The position numbers and the translations under genes were made by a program. A stretch of 64,000 bases of DNA from Raja brachyura (lineage: Eukaryota). Location of the stretch: assembly GCA_963514005.1 (NCBI GenBank), contig OY740783.1, forward strand, positions 23,002,001 through 23,066,000, given 5' to 3'. Under the pieces are notes generated by a model, which saw only the letters and a list, made by a program, of their open reading frames with translations, had not been told where the DNA came from and made no database searches. Shown here piece after piece: positions 1-12,859 of this stretch. Each line of letters begins with the position of its first letter. The stretch's first letter is position 1.

Positions 1-934
1 CCTTCAAAAAAGGATATTTATTTACTGAATAAAGTAAATAATTTGACAATATGTTAACACCCAAGCATATCATTCATAAAAGGTTGAGTATATGATTCAG
101 AAACTTTATATGCTTACTTTACATTAAGAATTTAGTAAAGAGATTAAACTATGTAAACATTTGTCTCAAGTCAGAAAATAAAGACCATATTATGATGCAA
201 TGATAAATAGCTTATGAGAACTGGTGACTTTAAATGTTCAAACGTATGGAGTTGCTGTTTTATCAAGATTTTAACTTTTCTTTAGAAAGTTAAAAAAAAT
301 ATTAAATGATGATAATGTAGTTTATTTCTTTGAATGATTGTTAAAATCAAGTTTGTTCCATTTACAAATCTTTAAGAAACTTCGACCTTGAAAGGTTAGA
401 ACCCAAATTCTGCCTGCCACAGTTACAAAAATAACGAATAGCTTTAATTTACTGAGAAAACTTAATGAACAATAAATATTGTTTGCTGTTGGATAAGCTT
501 CAGCAATGTAATATTATATTCAACATCAATTTACTGCTTTGTCATGCATCATATAATATGATTAAACTCTATTAAGCCTGTGTTATCAAACATTATGAGG
601 AGAAGGCAGGAGAATGGGGTTAGGAGGGAGAGATAAACAATAGGTGTAGGAATAGGCCATTCGGCCCTTCAAGCCAGCACCATTCAATGTGATCATGATC
701 AGCCATGAGTGAATGGCAGAGTATACTTGATGGGCTGAATGGCCTAATTCTGCTCTTATGATCTTATCTTAGCCTTGGATAATTTGGCTTTGGGATAAGT
801 ATCAAGATCTTTACACCTGTTGAATACTTAATGATAAGATATCATAGGCCAATAATCAAGTATTGAATGTCTTGCTGTATTTGCCTCTCCTCAGCTCAGA
901 CCAATAATAAGCCATGTAGCTGGAATTAATTAAT

Positions 935-1455
935 TGCCAGGACTTGAGGGCCTTGGCTACAGGGAGAGGATAAAACTTTGAAAGTCTTGACCCAAAACGT
1001 CATCCATTCTCTCCAGAGATTCTGCCTGAATGGCTGACCTACTCCAGCTTTTTGTGTCGATCTTCGGTTTAATCCAGCATCTGCAGTTCCTTCCGACACA
1101 CTAGGACTTTATTAATTGGAGCACAGGAGGTATCAGGGTTGAATGCACAATCTTTTGTCTAGAGTAGGGGAATCACAAAACAGAGGACATGGATTTAGGT
1201 GAGAGGTGAAAGATTTGATGGGAACCCAAAAGGCAACTTTTTCACAGAGGGTGGCGGGTATATGGAATGTGCTGCCAGACGAGGTAGTTGAGACAAGGAC
1301 TATAACAACATTCCAAGGACCTTGGAACAGATATATGGGTAGGAATGCAAACGCAGGCAGGTGGAACTAGAGTAGATGGGGCATCTTGGTCGGCATGGGC
1401 AAGTTGGGCTGAAGGGCCTGTTTTCATGCTGTATGACTCTTAGTCTCTATGACTT
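935..1455 (+). mobile_element. CR1-type LINE 3' fragment interrupted by a Penelope-derived piece (~976-1100)
   Basis: agaggacatggatttaggtgagagg, ttcacagagggtgg and gaagggcctgtttt...tatgactct tail. Confidence 0.7.
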
Positions 1456-2004
1456 TGTAGCACAATGGACCCCATTCATCCGAACGTTAAACATCTTTTC
1501 TTTTATTGCCTATAATGCCCATTGAAAACGTTTTATTTTCATTTTGAATTGTTGCTAAACTATGAATAAACCCATTGAGTTAATTTTATTTGTTGTTCAA
1601 AGTGGGTCAGTTTTTGCTCAAGCAACAGAAGCACCCAAATAAATAGAACCACCCACAACAACAATAACATATTAACGACGGAATAATAGTTGCCTCGGAG
1701 AAAGTTACAATCATTGGGTTCAGATGAAGCCATAAAACATAGAAAGTCAGCAGTTTTGTAACATCCATCCAAGAAAACTCTTTGTCCGTTGGAACAAGCT
1801 ACCCTCCAATTGCCATTAGTTCCAATGGTTTATTCCACCATTGCCAAGTCTTGCCAGTGGGATGCCATCATGTGACGGGGAGAAAAAAGCTGAGGTGTAC
1901 TTATTGCAGGATGTTATCAGAATATTAATTAATCAATAATGAGAGCAGCAGATGACTGAACATATGTTATGATAGAGGAACATTTCTGCGCATACCTTGT
2001 GTCA

Positions 2005-2600
2005 GCAGTCTTCTTGCCGTGCACAGCCTAAAGTTGCAGATCAAGGATAGACATCCAGGCCAGGACAGCATCAGTTACTGGGTTGATGGCTTTGATGCCA
2101 CCAGGGAAAACCCTCAGTGGGCAGTCATTCACGCTGGTCTGGTCTGGATGTCCACAGTTGCAAGCCGGGCTGTCTGTTATCCCCCACTTATGCAGGTGAT
2201 GGGCTGTTCTTGCACGGAGGGTGCTGATTTTGTTCAGGGTTAGCCATTGCTTGCGATGGAGGTCGAAATCCGGTGGTTTCACTGTGGGGTCTGTGATGAC
2301 CTCTCCGTTGTTGGTGTTGGCATCTTTCCAGGCTCTGCACCACTCAGTCTTGGAGTCAAAGTCTTCCAGGGATTTGATCGAGACCAGAGGGTTTGTGGGA
2401 CTTCAGGCGCATGTTGGGCAGATTGTTCAAGTCAGCATGGATGGGAAGGTCAGGGTTAGCCTCGATGGTGCACCAATCTTTCAACATCCTCTCCCTTCTG
2501 CGTATGCTGAGAGGGGCGATATGAGAGAGGACAGGGAGCCACTGCAAAGGTGTTGACTTAAGTGTCCCTGTGATGACCCGCATTGCAGAGTTTAGAGATA
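2005..2600 (-). mobile_element. 3' fragment of an Ingi/Vingi-like (I-group) non-LTR retrotransposon
   Basis: Minus-strand ORFs MRVITGTLKSTPLQWLPVLSHIAP..IRR and LNK...LHKWGITDSPACNCGHPDQT (C-terminal Cys motif), followed by a short gcaagaag tail. Confidence 0.6.
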
Positions 2601-3224
2601 ATCAACAGTGATTTAGTTTGTGAATGAAAATAAAACCGTACAGCACCGGAACCGGCCTGACAATGTTCATGCCATGTGATACTAAGTTAAACTGATCTCC
2701 TCTGCCTGCATGAGGTCCATGCCTCTCCATTCCCTGCATATCCACATGCCCATCTAAAACCCTTGCAAATGCCACTATCAGCTCTGCCTCCACCACCATA
2801 CCTGGCAGCTTGTTCGAAGCACATATGTCAAAAAAACCTTGTCCTGCATATCTCCTTTAAACATTGTCCCTCTCAATTGAAAGCTATGCCCTCTAGTCTT
2901 TTACATTATTTTCCTGCGGAGCAAAGGTTCTCACGGCCTACCCCATCTCTGCCTGCCTAACCTCCAACCAAAAGGTTTGGATTTAGGTTCTACTGCGGAG
3001 ACAGGAGGATATAAATTTGATGCAGTACCGAGGGAGTTCTGCACTAACAGATTTGCCAACCTTCAGAGTTCTCTCTGTGAAGCTGGTTTGTGCTTTGAAT
3101 ATCTTGAATTTAATCCTATGTCAATCGGCCCTTATCTTTGATCCTTAGCTACTGTAAACATTACATTGCTATTTACCCTGCTGGATCATTTCAGAATCTT
3201 AATGACCTGATTATGTCTGTATTG

Positions 3225-3425
3225 TAGATAAACACAAAATGCTGGTGCATCTCTGGAGAGAAAGAATGGGTGACATTTGGGTCGAGACCCTTTTTCAGTC
3301 TGAAGTTTTGGATCAAGACCCTTCTTCAGTCTGTAGAAGGAGCTCGACCCAAAACGTCACCCATTCCTTCTCTCCAGCGATGTTGCCTGTCCCGCTGCGT
3401 TACTCCAGCTTTTTGTGTCTGTCCA
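3225..3425. mobile_element. Palindromic Penelope-derived insertion
   Basis: Two minus-oriented GACCCT(T/C)TTCAG motifs followed by a plus-oriented CTGTAGAAGGAGCTCGACCCAAAACGTCACC; inverted arms. Confidence 0.65.
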
Positions 3426-3959
3426 CTACTTTACTTCAGTGGTTTGTCTGATGAAGGCAGTGAAAGCAATTAACATTGATTTATTTAAATTAGAGAGATC
3501 TTATATTGGGTGAACAATAAAATGGATACATGCATGAATCATTCAAGAGAGACGATTTGTATGACATGGAGCATGATTAAAAGGGAAAAGATCAATTTCC
3601 AAGAGATTCCTTCACCTTATTTATTGCAGACTGCTTGCCAGATTTTCCCGATTAGTCAACAGCTACATATTGTTTTGTCGCACAGTTTCGGTGATCATTA
3701 AACTTGAATTTGATCTAATTTGATCTTGGACTTCTTGGTTCTACTACTGTTTCAATTTCTCAACGATATATATTTCAGAGGTACCTTTTACAATATTTTT
3801 GGATGTATTATATAAATTGAGTGAGAATCTGTATTTATGCCAACATCCATCCTGGACAGATAGAGATGCAGTGTTGCCAGTTGACATTCCTTTGCAGCAT
3901 TAAAGAAATGCTGTTTAAGAGCTGAGAGATATAAACATGCTCAGCTTCTTAAACCAGCT

Positions 3960-4142
3960 AGACACAAAAATCTGGAGGAACTCAGCGGGACAGCGTGACC
4001 CTTCTTCAGATGACCCGAAGGTTCTCGACCCGAAACATCACCCATTCCTTCTCTCCAGAGATGCTGCCTGTCCTGCTGAGTTACTCCAGCTTTTTTGTGT
4101 CTCTTTGGTTTAAACTAGCACCTGCAGTTCCTTTCTACGCAT
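3960..4142. mobile_element. Penelope-derived insertion with inverted arms
   Basis: Same family sequence; flanking direct repeat AACCAGCTA. Confidence 0.65.
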
Positions 4143-4279
4143 TTATTTAACCAGCTAACAGTTTTCAAGGAACATAACCAAACTTCATCATTGTACCAGG
4201 TAATTCCATGGTGAACAATATCTCGACATCACTTCATGTATCACCCATAATACATTGCAACAGTGAAATATTTGAAAAC

Positions 4280-4900
4280 AGAATTTTACGAGAATGTTGC
4301 CAGGACTAGAGGGTCTGAGCTAGAGAGCAGGTTGAGTAGGCTGGGTCATAGAAAAATAGGTGCAGGAGTAGGCCATTCAGTCTTTCGAGCCATTCAATAT
4401 GATCATGGCTGATCATCTAAAATCTGTAGCCCGTTCCTGCTTTTTCCCCATATCCCTTAATTCCTTTAGCCCTATGAGCTAAATCTAACTCTATTTCTTG
4501 GAGCGCATGGGGATGAGGGGTAATCTTATAGTGCTGTATAAAATCATGAGAGGAATAGATAAGGTAGATGCACAGAATTTCTTGCCCAGAGTAGGGGAAT
4601 CGAAGACCAGAGGACATAGGTTCAAGGTAAAAGGGAAATTTAATAGGAATCTGAGTGGTAACTTTTTCACACAAAGGTTGGTGGGTGTATGGAACAAGCG
4701 CCCAGATGAGGTAGTTGAGGCTGTTTAAGAAAGAGTTGAAGAATGTTTAAGAAACAGTTGGACAGGACACGTTTGGAGGGATATTGACCAAGCGCAGACA
4801 GGTGGGACTAGTGTAGCTGGGACATGTTGACTGGTGTGGGCAAGTTGGGTGGAAGGGCCAGTTTCCACACTGCATCACTCTATGACTCTGACTCTATGAG
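4280..4900 (+). mobile_element. CR1-type LINE 3' end with a nested inverted CR1 tail (~4348-4495)
   Basis: ORF RGNLIVLYKIMRGIDKVD...KTRGHRFKV...FFTQRLVGVWN is the CR1 ORF2 C-terminus. Confidence 0.85.
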
Positions 4901-5164
4901 AGCTCTGGTTACACAGGACCCAGCCCCTCAACGTTCACTGGTGACATGTCCCTGCACGCAAGGGACTGCAGATGGTGAAATCTTGAGCAAATCACAAACT
5001 CCTGGAGGAACTCACCTTGACCCGCTGAGTTTTTCCAGCATTTTGTGACAAATCCCTAGAATGTGATTCACAGAGCCTTTGTGATAGTTGCTCCAAGCTT
5101 CAAAGGATCCCCCTGAATATAGTCCTGCAGCTTGGAATGTGCAAGGCGACAGATTACAGACACT

Positions 5165-5800
5165 TCAAGAGTCAAGAGTGTTTTATTGTCAAATGTCCCG
5201 GATGGGACAAATAAATTCTTAATTGCTGCAGCACAACAGAAAATGTGAATATGTAAACATAGTACATAACAGGGTGAGAGAAAAAAAGAAAAAGTTCAAT
5301 AAATAACAAATATAGTGCAATAATAATATAGTCTTTTTGTAGTTCAGAGCTTATTCGTTATGTTTAATAGCCTGATGGTTGTAGGGAAGAAGCTGTTCCT
5401 GAACCTGGATGTTACAGTTTTCAGGCTCCTGTACCTTCTTCCCGATGGCAATGGTGAGATAAGTGTGTGGCCAGGATGATGTGGGTCTTTGATGATTTTG
5501 GCTGCCTTTTTGAAGCAGCGACTACGACAGATCAAAGCCGGTGATGGACTGGGTAGTGGTATCAACTTTTTGAGGTCTTTTTCGCTCCTGGACGTTCAAG
5601 ATGCCAAACCAGGCTATGGTGCAACCAGTCAGAATGCTCTCTACCGTGCACCTGTCGAAGTTTAGGAGAATGTTCTTTGACATACCGAATCTCCGTTAAC
5701 TTCTCAGGAAGTAGAGTCGCTGATGTGCCTTCCTTATAATTGCATCAGTGTGCTGGGTCCAGGAAAGATCTTCGGAAATATGCGCGCCCAGGACTTCCTT
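5165..5800 (-). mobile_element. Rex1/Babar-L2-group LINE 3' fragment
   Basis: KKAAKIIKDPHHPGHTLISPLPSGRRYRSLKTVTSRFRNSFFPTTIRLLN. Confidence 0.8.
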
Positions 5801-7059
5801 GCACTGGCAAACCCAACAGGTTTTATGCCAAGTTGATGATTGTCAGAAGCATTCAATGTTTTTATCAGCATGCATTCCATGGAAATAGCTTGTGGTGCAA
5901 AGTCCTGTGTTACATACCTGCTCAGGACATACATTGATGAAAACTATTGCAACCCTTTCCAGACACTCTGGGGGGGAAAAAAAACAGAACATAAGGAATT
6001 AGATAGCTATCATCATCCACAAAGCAGTGATCTCAAGGACAATATGCAGTCAGATTAAGACTGGGTTGAGTTTGAGTTGACTATATTGTCACGTGTATCG
6101 GGGTACAGTGAAAAGCATTTGTTGCATGCTAACCAGTCAGCAGAGAGACAATACATGATTCCAATCGATCTATCCACAGTGTACAGATACATGATAAAGG
6201 GAACAACATGAATAAAGCTTAGTACAAGATAAAGTCCAGTAAAGTCCAATCAAAGGTCATTCGAGGGTCTCCAGTGTGCTAGATAGTAGCTCAGGACCAC
6301 TCTCTAGTTGTTGGTATGATGGTTTAGTTGCCTGATAGAATATAAAGGATATATACACCTGGTTGTATACAAAGAATCTGATAAGGAGGGCCCTTGTTGG
6401 TGCTTGTTTGATATTTTTGGCAATGAGCATTCTGCAGACATCTTTTTCGCTGAAAGGGTGGAGGGTGCGTGAAACGAATGCTGGAGGAAGTAGTTGTGGC
6501 AGGGACTATCACACCATTTAAGAAGCAATTGGGCAGGTACAGGAATAGGACAGGTTTGGAGGGATATGGGGCAAACGCAGGCAAGTGGGACTAGTGTAGA
6601 TGGGATATGTTGGTTGGTGTGGGCAAGTTGGGCTGAAGGTTCTATTTCCACACTTTATCACTTTACGTCTCTGATTCTAGAACTTAGTCTGCTCAATTAA
6701 CCATCCCAATGGATCCACTCTTCCTTTCCCTGTAGGGCCTTTGGGACATGTCGTCTGGTCAACTTCGAATCATAGCATCATACAGCACGGACAGAGGCCC
6801 TGCTGCCTTACTCATCCATGCTGATCAAGATGTCCTCTTAAGCAAGATAGTTTTACCTGTGTTTGACACATTTTCCAGCAAACCTTCCCTATCCAAGTTT
6901 CTGTGTAAATGTCTTTTAAATGTTGTTGTTGTACTTACCTCAATCACTTTCTCTGGGAAATCATGCTATATACCTGTATGAAAATGTTGCTTCTGTGTGA
7001 AAAAGTTGCCACTTTGGTTCCTGTTACACCTATCTGCTCCCTTTACCTTCCCCTTTCCT

Positions 7060-7600
7060 GGTGGTCACCCAGCTACTTTATGGCTGCCCCTATTCCTGTG
7101 TATGATCCTCGCAGCATCTTGAGTGATCCCGAATGTGCCCAGATCCAGTTCCTTCAGGTGGTCAGTCAGGAGCTGCAGCTGGACATGCTTTCCACAGGTG
7201 TCTTCACCAGTGACACAGAAAGAGTCCATAGTGGTTAGCACGCTACAAAAGCTTTTCACTTTCCCTTGGTACACGTGGCCAGAAACTAAAGTGAACTGAA
7301 TTGATCTCCCACTGGGGGAACGTATCGCTGCCCTATTTGTCATCCCAACTGCACAAGTTTGAATAGGAAAGTTAAAAACACCTTACCTTACCTCCACCCA
7401 GATTCAGTCTCCTTTCCAAAGGCTCTTGAGCCTAAGTTTCTATACTTAATCTCAATCACAGCTGCTCCTAAAAGTGGCCACTCCAAAATTGGCAGCTCTG
7501 CTAGTACATGACTCCCTTGTGTACACCATAAAGGGCTTTCCCTCCTGGAAATTAACAGCTGGTATTTAAATCTCCTGCTCTCCGTCTCTACACTCCATGG
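7060..7600 (-). mobile_element. CR1-type LINE 5' region / ORF1 N-terminus remnant
   Basis: EDTCGKHVQLQLLTDHLKELDL resembles the CR1 ORF1 zinc-finger and coiled-coil start. Confidence 0.5.
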
Positions 7601-7789
7601 TCTCCGTTGAAATTCGACAACATTTGACATAGGCAAAGGTATTTTCTGCAGAAAGTTCCCTATGAGACACAGATGGTGCAGCACAGGCGGACTGAACAGA
7701 CCGAGACCATGCCCATCGCTGTCACTGATTCATTGACTTTAATGGCCAGTGAATCGGATTGAATCAAACCTTTTATAGTGTCCCCCTCA

Positions 7790-8140
7790 TCCCCATGCCC
7801 CACCTGAATTCTCTCCTGTTTCTCACCTCCTCCCTCCACCTATATTCCTTACTCTAGCTCACAATTTGCACATCTTCCATCCCTACCTCACACTTTTCTT
7901 CTCTCTTCCTCCCTGGCCTTTGTCCAACCACCTGCCTATCGTGCACCCCCCCCCCCCCCCCCCCCCCACCCACCCAACCTGTATCCATCTGTAACTTACC
8001 AGATTTTGTCCATCCCCCACCTCTCTTCCAGCTTTCTCCACCCCTCACCTCCCACCACAATCAGCCTGAAGAAAGGTCCTGACCCGAAACATAAGCTATC
8101 CACATTCTCCAAAGATGCTGCCTGACCTGCTGAATTACTC
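7790..8140 (+). mobile_element. Penelope-derived 3' fragment (C-rich tract plus hammerhead motif)
   Basis: C-rich region, then CTGAAGAAAGGTCCTGACCCGAAAC, then the family tail gatgctgcctgacctgctg. Confidence 0.6.
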
Positions 8141-8569
8141 TTTTTTTACATTCTTATATACTGGCTCATTGTTTTATCTCTTTCATTCAGAACAACTGTT
8201 TCCTGTGTGAAATTATCTCCTTGTGTTTTGTTCCTGTTCATATCTAGTTCATGTCCATTCCCAACTGCAATGCATGTGATGTTCATCATTCCAATGATCA
8301 GAGAATTCAAGGATGTGCTCAAAGATTCCTTGGAGAAATTCAATACCCGCACTAACCTCTGGGTTCTTCTGCACCATGACTGCTCAAAATGAAGAGAGAA
8401 CATGAGAACATCAAGGCCAAGTAATGGGACCACACAGACGCACCACATAAGCAGTGCATTACCTCTTAACCTAGCCACACACCCTCCCTCATTTGTGACC
8501 TCATCTCAGCTGTGCAGGAGTCAATGACTCCCACATTGAACATGAGCCAGAAGATAGACACAACATGCT

Positions 8570-9097
8570 TTTGGGCTCCTAATCTGAGGAAAGACATTCT
8601 TGCCATAGAGGGAGTACAGAGAAGGTTCACCAGACTGATTCCTGGGATGGCAAGACTTCCATATGAGGAAAGACTGGAATCAGCTTGTACTAGCTGGAAT
8701 TTAGAAGATTGAGGGGGGATCTTATGGAGACTTACAAAGTTCTTAAGGGGTTGGACAGGCTAGATGCAGGAAGATTGTTCCCGATGTTGGGGAAGTCCAA
8801 AACAAAGGGTCACAGTTTAAGGATAAGGGGAAAGTATTTTAGGACAGAGATGAGAAGATCATTTTTCACAGAAAGAGTGGTGAATCTGTGGAATTGTCTG
8901 CCACAGAAGGTAGTTGAGGCCAGTTCATTGGCTATATTTAAGAGGGAGTTAGATGTGGCCCTTGGGGCTAAAGGGATCGGGGGTATGGAGAGAAGGCAGG
9001 TACAGGATACCGAGTTGGATGATCAGCCGTGATCATATTGAATGGCGGTGCAGGCTCGAGGGGCCGAATGGCCTACTCCTGCACCTATTTTCTATGC
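8570..9097 (+). mobile_element. CR1-type (HER1-like) LINE 3' end inserted into a Penelope-derived element
   Basis: FWAPNLRKDILAIEGVQRRFTRLIPGM...RGDLMETYKVLKG...; the host element gatagacacaacatgc resumes as ctggagtaac after 9097. Confidence 0.9.
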
Positions 9098-10049
9098 TGG
9101 AGTAACTTAGTGGGCCAGGCAGCAACCCTAGAGAAAAGGTGTAGATGACGTTTTGGGTTGGAACCCTTCTTCAGACCAGCTGGCACTTAGCCAGCTCGGA
9201 ATCCACAAAACCATAATGGAAATAAAACACCCTTAATCCCGAATGACTACCTAGGAAGAAGATCTGCATTTATTTTTCATCAGCTGATGTCATGAAGGCA
9301 CACCGTTATATTTAATTGATTTCTCACCTATCTCTGGAATGTCCTGAGTATTCTTCTAGGTCCAGCCTTTTGTGGAGCATGTCTCTCTCTAATTGCCTTT
9401 TTAACAATTCTCTGAATCACTTCTTCCTTGGATCATAGCTCTATTTCTTTACACCTTTCTGTGATGTACTTCTGGCAATTGATCAGGGCCCCAAAACCTG
9501 TCCTTGAAATCCACAACTCATTACTCTCTCATTATTCAATGTGGGCCCACTTACTTTGTAGACATGACATTTCCATCATCCCAGCAACATAGGGACTATT
9601 GTTGTACTCTGAGCTCTCTCTTGATCTTTATCTCTCTAGCCTTCATTCCAATTCCTGATCAAATATTTGTTCAACTTTTTTTTTGCAAACGTTAATCACA
9701 GGAACTTCAACTGCTTTTGTTGAAATTTGCTTCAACTGTGCAAGGACGTCCTATTCAAAATAAAGATCAAAAGTGCTCAAAGGAAAATGTGCTCCATTCT
9801 TTTAAATAATCCCTTTAAACAAAGAAAGAGATGGACAACTGAAATCTGTGGAATATCTAGCAACTGGATTAACTGGTTAATCAAATCCTGGTCTTGCACT
9901 CATTTCAGCTTGTAAATACTTATTTTGTTTTGTATTGAATATTTTTGATACTAAACTAAATTAGTGCACAAGTAAATATCAACATTTGTATAATTCTGTA
10001 TTTGTATGGATAAAGTCAAGAATCAAGAGTCAATAGAGTTTAATTATAA

Positions 10050-10380
10050 CCATATAACAATTACAGCACGGAAACAGGCCTTCTCGGCCCTTCCAGTCCG
10101 TGCCGACCATTTATTTTCCCCTAGTCCCATCTACCTGCATTCAGACTATACCCCTCCATTCCCTTCCCATCCATATACCTATCCACTTTACTTTTAAATG
10201 TTAAAATCAATCCTGCCTCCACCACTTCTGCTGGAAGATCATTCCACACAGCCACCACTCTCTGAGTAAAGAAGTTCCCCCTCATGTTACCCCTAAACTT
10301 CTGTCCCTTAATTCTCATGTCATGCCCTCTTGTTTGAATCTTCCCTACCCTCAATGGGAAAAGCTTATCCACGTCAACTG
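10050..10380 (-). mobile_element. CR1-type LINE 3' end
   Basis: TRGHDMRIKG...FFTQRVVAVWNDLP. Confidence 0.85.
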
Positions 10381-10414
10381 TTGTTATATTTTACCGACAA
10401 TGGAGCAATGAAAT

Positions 10415-10550
10415 GAGTGTAGGGAGGAACTCCAGATGCCGGTTTACACCGAAGATAGACACAAAATGCTGGAGCAACTCAGCGGGATAGGCAGTATCTC
10501 TGGAGAGAGGGAATGGGTAACGTTTTCGGGTCGAGACCCTTCTTCAGACT
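10415..10550 (-). mobile_element. Penelope-derived short element
   Basis: gtgtagggaggaactccagatg...cgttttcgggtcgagacccttcttcagac. Confidence 0.7.
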
Positions 10551-11236
10551 TGCAGCAACATAACGGGTCAGTTGGGTAGGAAGTAGATTAACAAAAAACA
10601 GCTAAGAGTGAAATTTTGTGTTTGTGCTTCGAAGTTGTATTAATGTTGAAGATGCCGACAAAAATATTTATTTTCTGCTTTTCCCATTGAATCAGTGAAT
10701 ATGTGTTTCTTCGCATAGAAATATACACCCTGGGACAGAAATTGTTACTGATTCACATTGGACTCTTAACTTGGCTGTAAGTTCCATGTCTGTGTCATAG
10801 ACAACAGCTAGCTCCATATGTTCATTCAGCAACAGATGTTTTTAAAAAAATATTATGACGGCAATTTGCAGATGTAATCCAATCATTTAAAACACAAGGC
10901 AAATTTTGATTGCAGTTCCAGAAAATTTCTCATGGTTACATTTCTTAACTCTTAACTCTGTTCTTTATGGGTTTTACCTCCCAGCTAAAGGATAAGACAT
11001 GTTGCATCAGATTTTCAGCCGTAGATCAAAAGACTCCTATTGTGTTTTAATAAACCCCTGTATCTTAAGGTGTTGTGCTGACCTGGTCAGATTTTGCTCA
11101 GGATTCTGCTCAGAACTAATTTACCAAAATGTGTGACAACTTTCTTTTTTTTCCCTCTGGTCGAGGAAGGACAAATCCTTAAGAGAGAAGATTAAGAGAG
11201 CCATATGTTGAAAGTAAGAGGCACTAATTACATGGT

Positions 11237-11337
11237 TACACAAAAAGCTGGAGAAACTCAGCGGGTGCAGCAGCATCTAAGGAGCGAAGGAGATAGGCGA
11301 CGTTTCGGGTCGAGACCCTTCTTCAGACTGGTCTGGT
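11237..11337 (-). mobile_element. Penelope pseudo-LTR-derived short element with an intact minimal hammerhead core
   Basis: Reverse strand reads CTGAAGAAGGGTCTCGACCCGAAACGTC. Flanked by the 14-bp direct repeat ACTAATTACATGGT (11223-11236, 11338-11351). Confidence 0.75.
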
Positions 11338-12523
11338 ACTAATTACATGGTACAAGTTACATTTAATCAATTGGAATGCAGAGGAAAACACGAACACTTG
11401 AAAAAAATTAAATAATTTATACACTTCTGTTATGTCATTTATTTCTTGCGAGTAAATTCAGGCAGCCATTATACACATAGAATAACTGGATAAAGCATTT
11501 CATGGCAGTTTGGTGCCTTTGATAAGATGGATGAGTTTTCAAATATTACTCCAAAATAATTGGATTGACATTATAATATCTCCAGTTTCAATCATCGCCA
11601 CATGGAGCTTTCTCTAGTTTACTGTTCTTTTATTAACCTCTCCCACCCCCCCCCCCCCCCCCCCCCCCGTCAATGACTCACATTCATTGATACGACTGCA
11701 CATGTGATATTACGATTAGTGAGATGCATAAACCTTCACTGATTCTGTGTGCTGAAATATTACAGTGATCGTATTTCCAAACCAACTCCAGGAACACAGC
11801 ATGGCTGGGGCACAGCAGAGCAGCCAGGATGGAAAATATAAATTGTGTAATGTTGCAAAGGCAACTAGTTGTAGCAGCCTATACTTTAATAATTACACTT
11901 GAGTGATGTATGAGCTGGTGAGATATTATTGCTCCAGCAGTAGCAGCCAGCTGCTATCAGTCTTAACAGCGATATATAAATGGGATGAAGTGTTTGCTGC
12001 CAACCTCAGTGAGCACCAGGAATATACTTTGTGTTAGATCAATCAAATGTACTAGCCGTAGTTTATAAATGATGTGAAACCTTGATCATAGGATTTGGCA
12101 CTCACTTGGAAATACCCTCTTTGTTACTTGGCAGGATACCTTCCTTCCCTTCTCAGCGGAAAGTGGGCAGAAGGATGGTTAAATTGGAAAGGGGTTGTTT
12201 CACCTACTCCTTTCCTAAGTCAATCTGGCTGAATCGAATTATCAACAACTAATCAAATGCAGATGTCACAAGCCAGCTTGCCCAAGCTACCATCCCACTT
12301 CTCCTTTCCCTTCATCCTTCAATTTTATGTTCGGTCCATTCTCGTGGATATGCAGTGGTGGCCTTTGAAACAAACAGTGCCTTCACTGCCACAATTTTCT
12401 GAAGGATGTCCTTAATAAAAACAAATTCCTTTTGAGGTATTTCAGAGGCCACAGCCTGCTTAAAGCGGGCTGAAGAACTAGTACTCCCAGCTGACGGTGT
12501 CCACTGTACAAGTACTGGGCGCG

Positions 12524-12615
12524 GTGGGTCTGAAGAAGGGTCCCGACCCGAAACATCACCCATCCATGTTCTTCAGAGATGCTGCCTGACCCGCTGAGTT
12601 ACTCCAGTGCTTTTC
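12524..12615 (+). mobile_element. Penelope-derived short element with hammerhead motif
   Basis: GTGGGT-CTGAAGA-A-GGGTCCCGACCC-GAAACATC-ACCCAT; the flanking 6-mers can pair as stem I. Confidence 0.7.
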
Positions 12616-12859
12616 TGGGCGCAGCAATCGTGATTGCCTTTATCTCTATTTTACACATAGACGCTGATAGCAGGGAGAACTGTATTTTGTTCTGGATTGC
12701 TCATGGATCAATACTAACTTGCAAGAAACTGCCATTCTTCACTTGTACCTTTATATGTACAAGAGGATATTCAGCAGGATCTGTACCAGTTTGAGGAGGT
12801 ATGTTTGTGGTATCAATAATGATGCTATCAGTGCGTATCAACATTGATGATGCAGAGAG

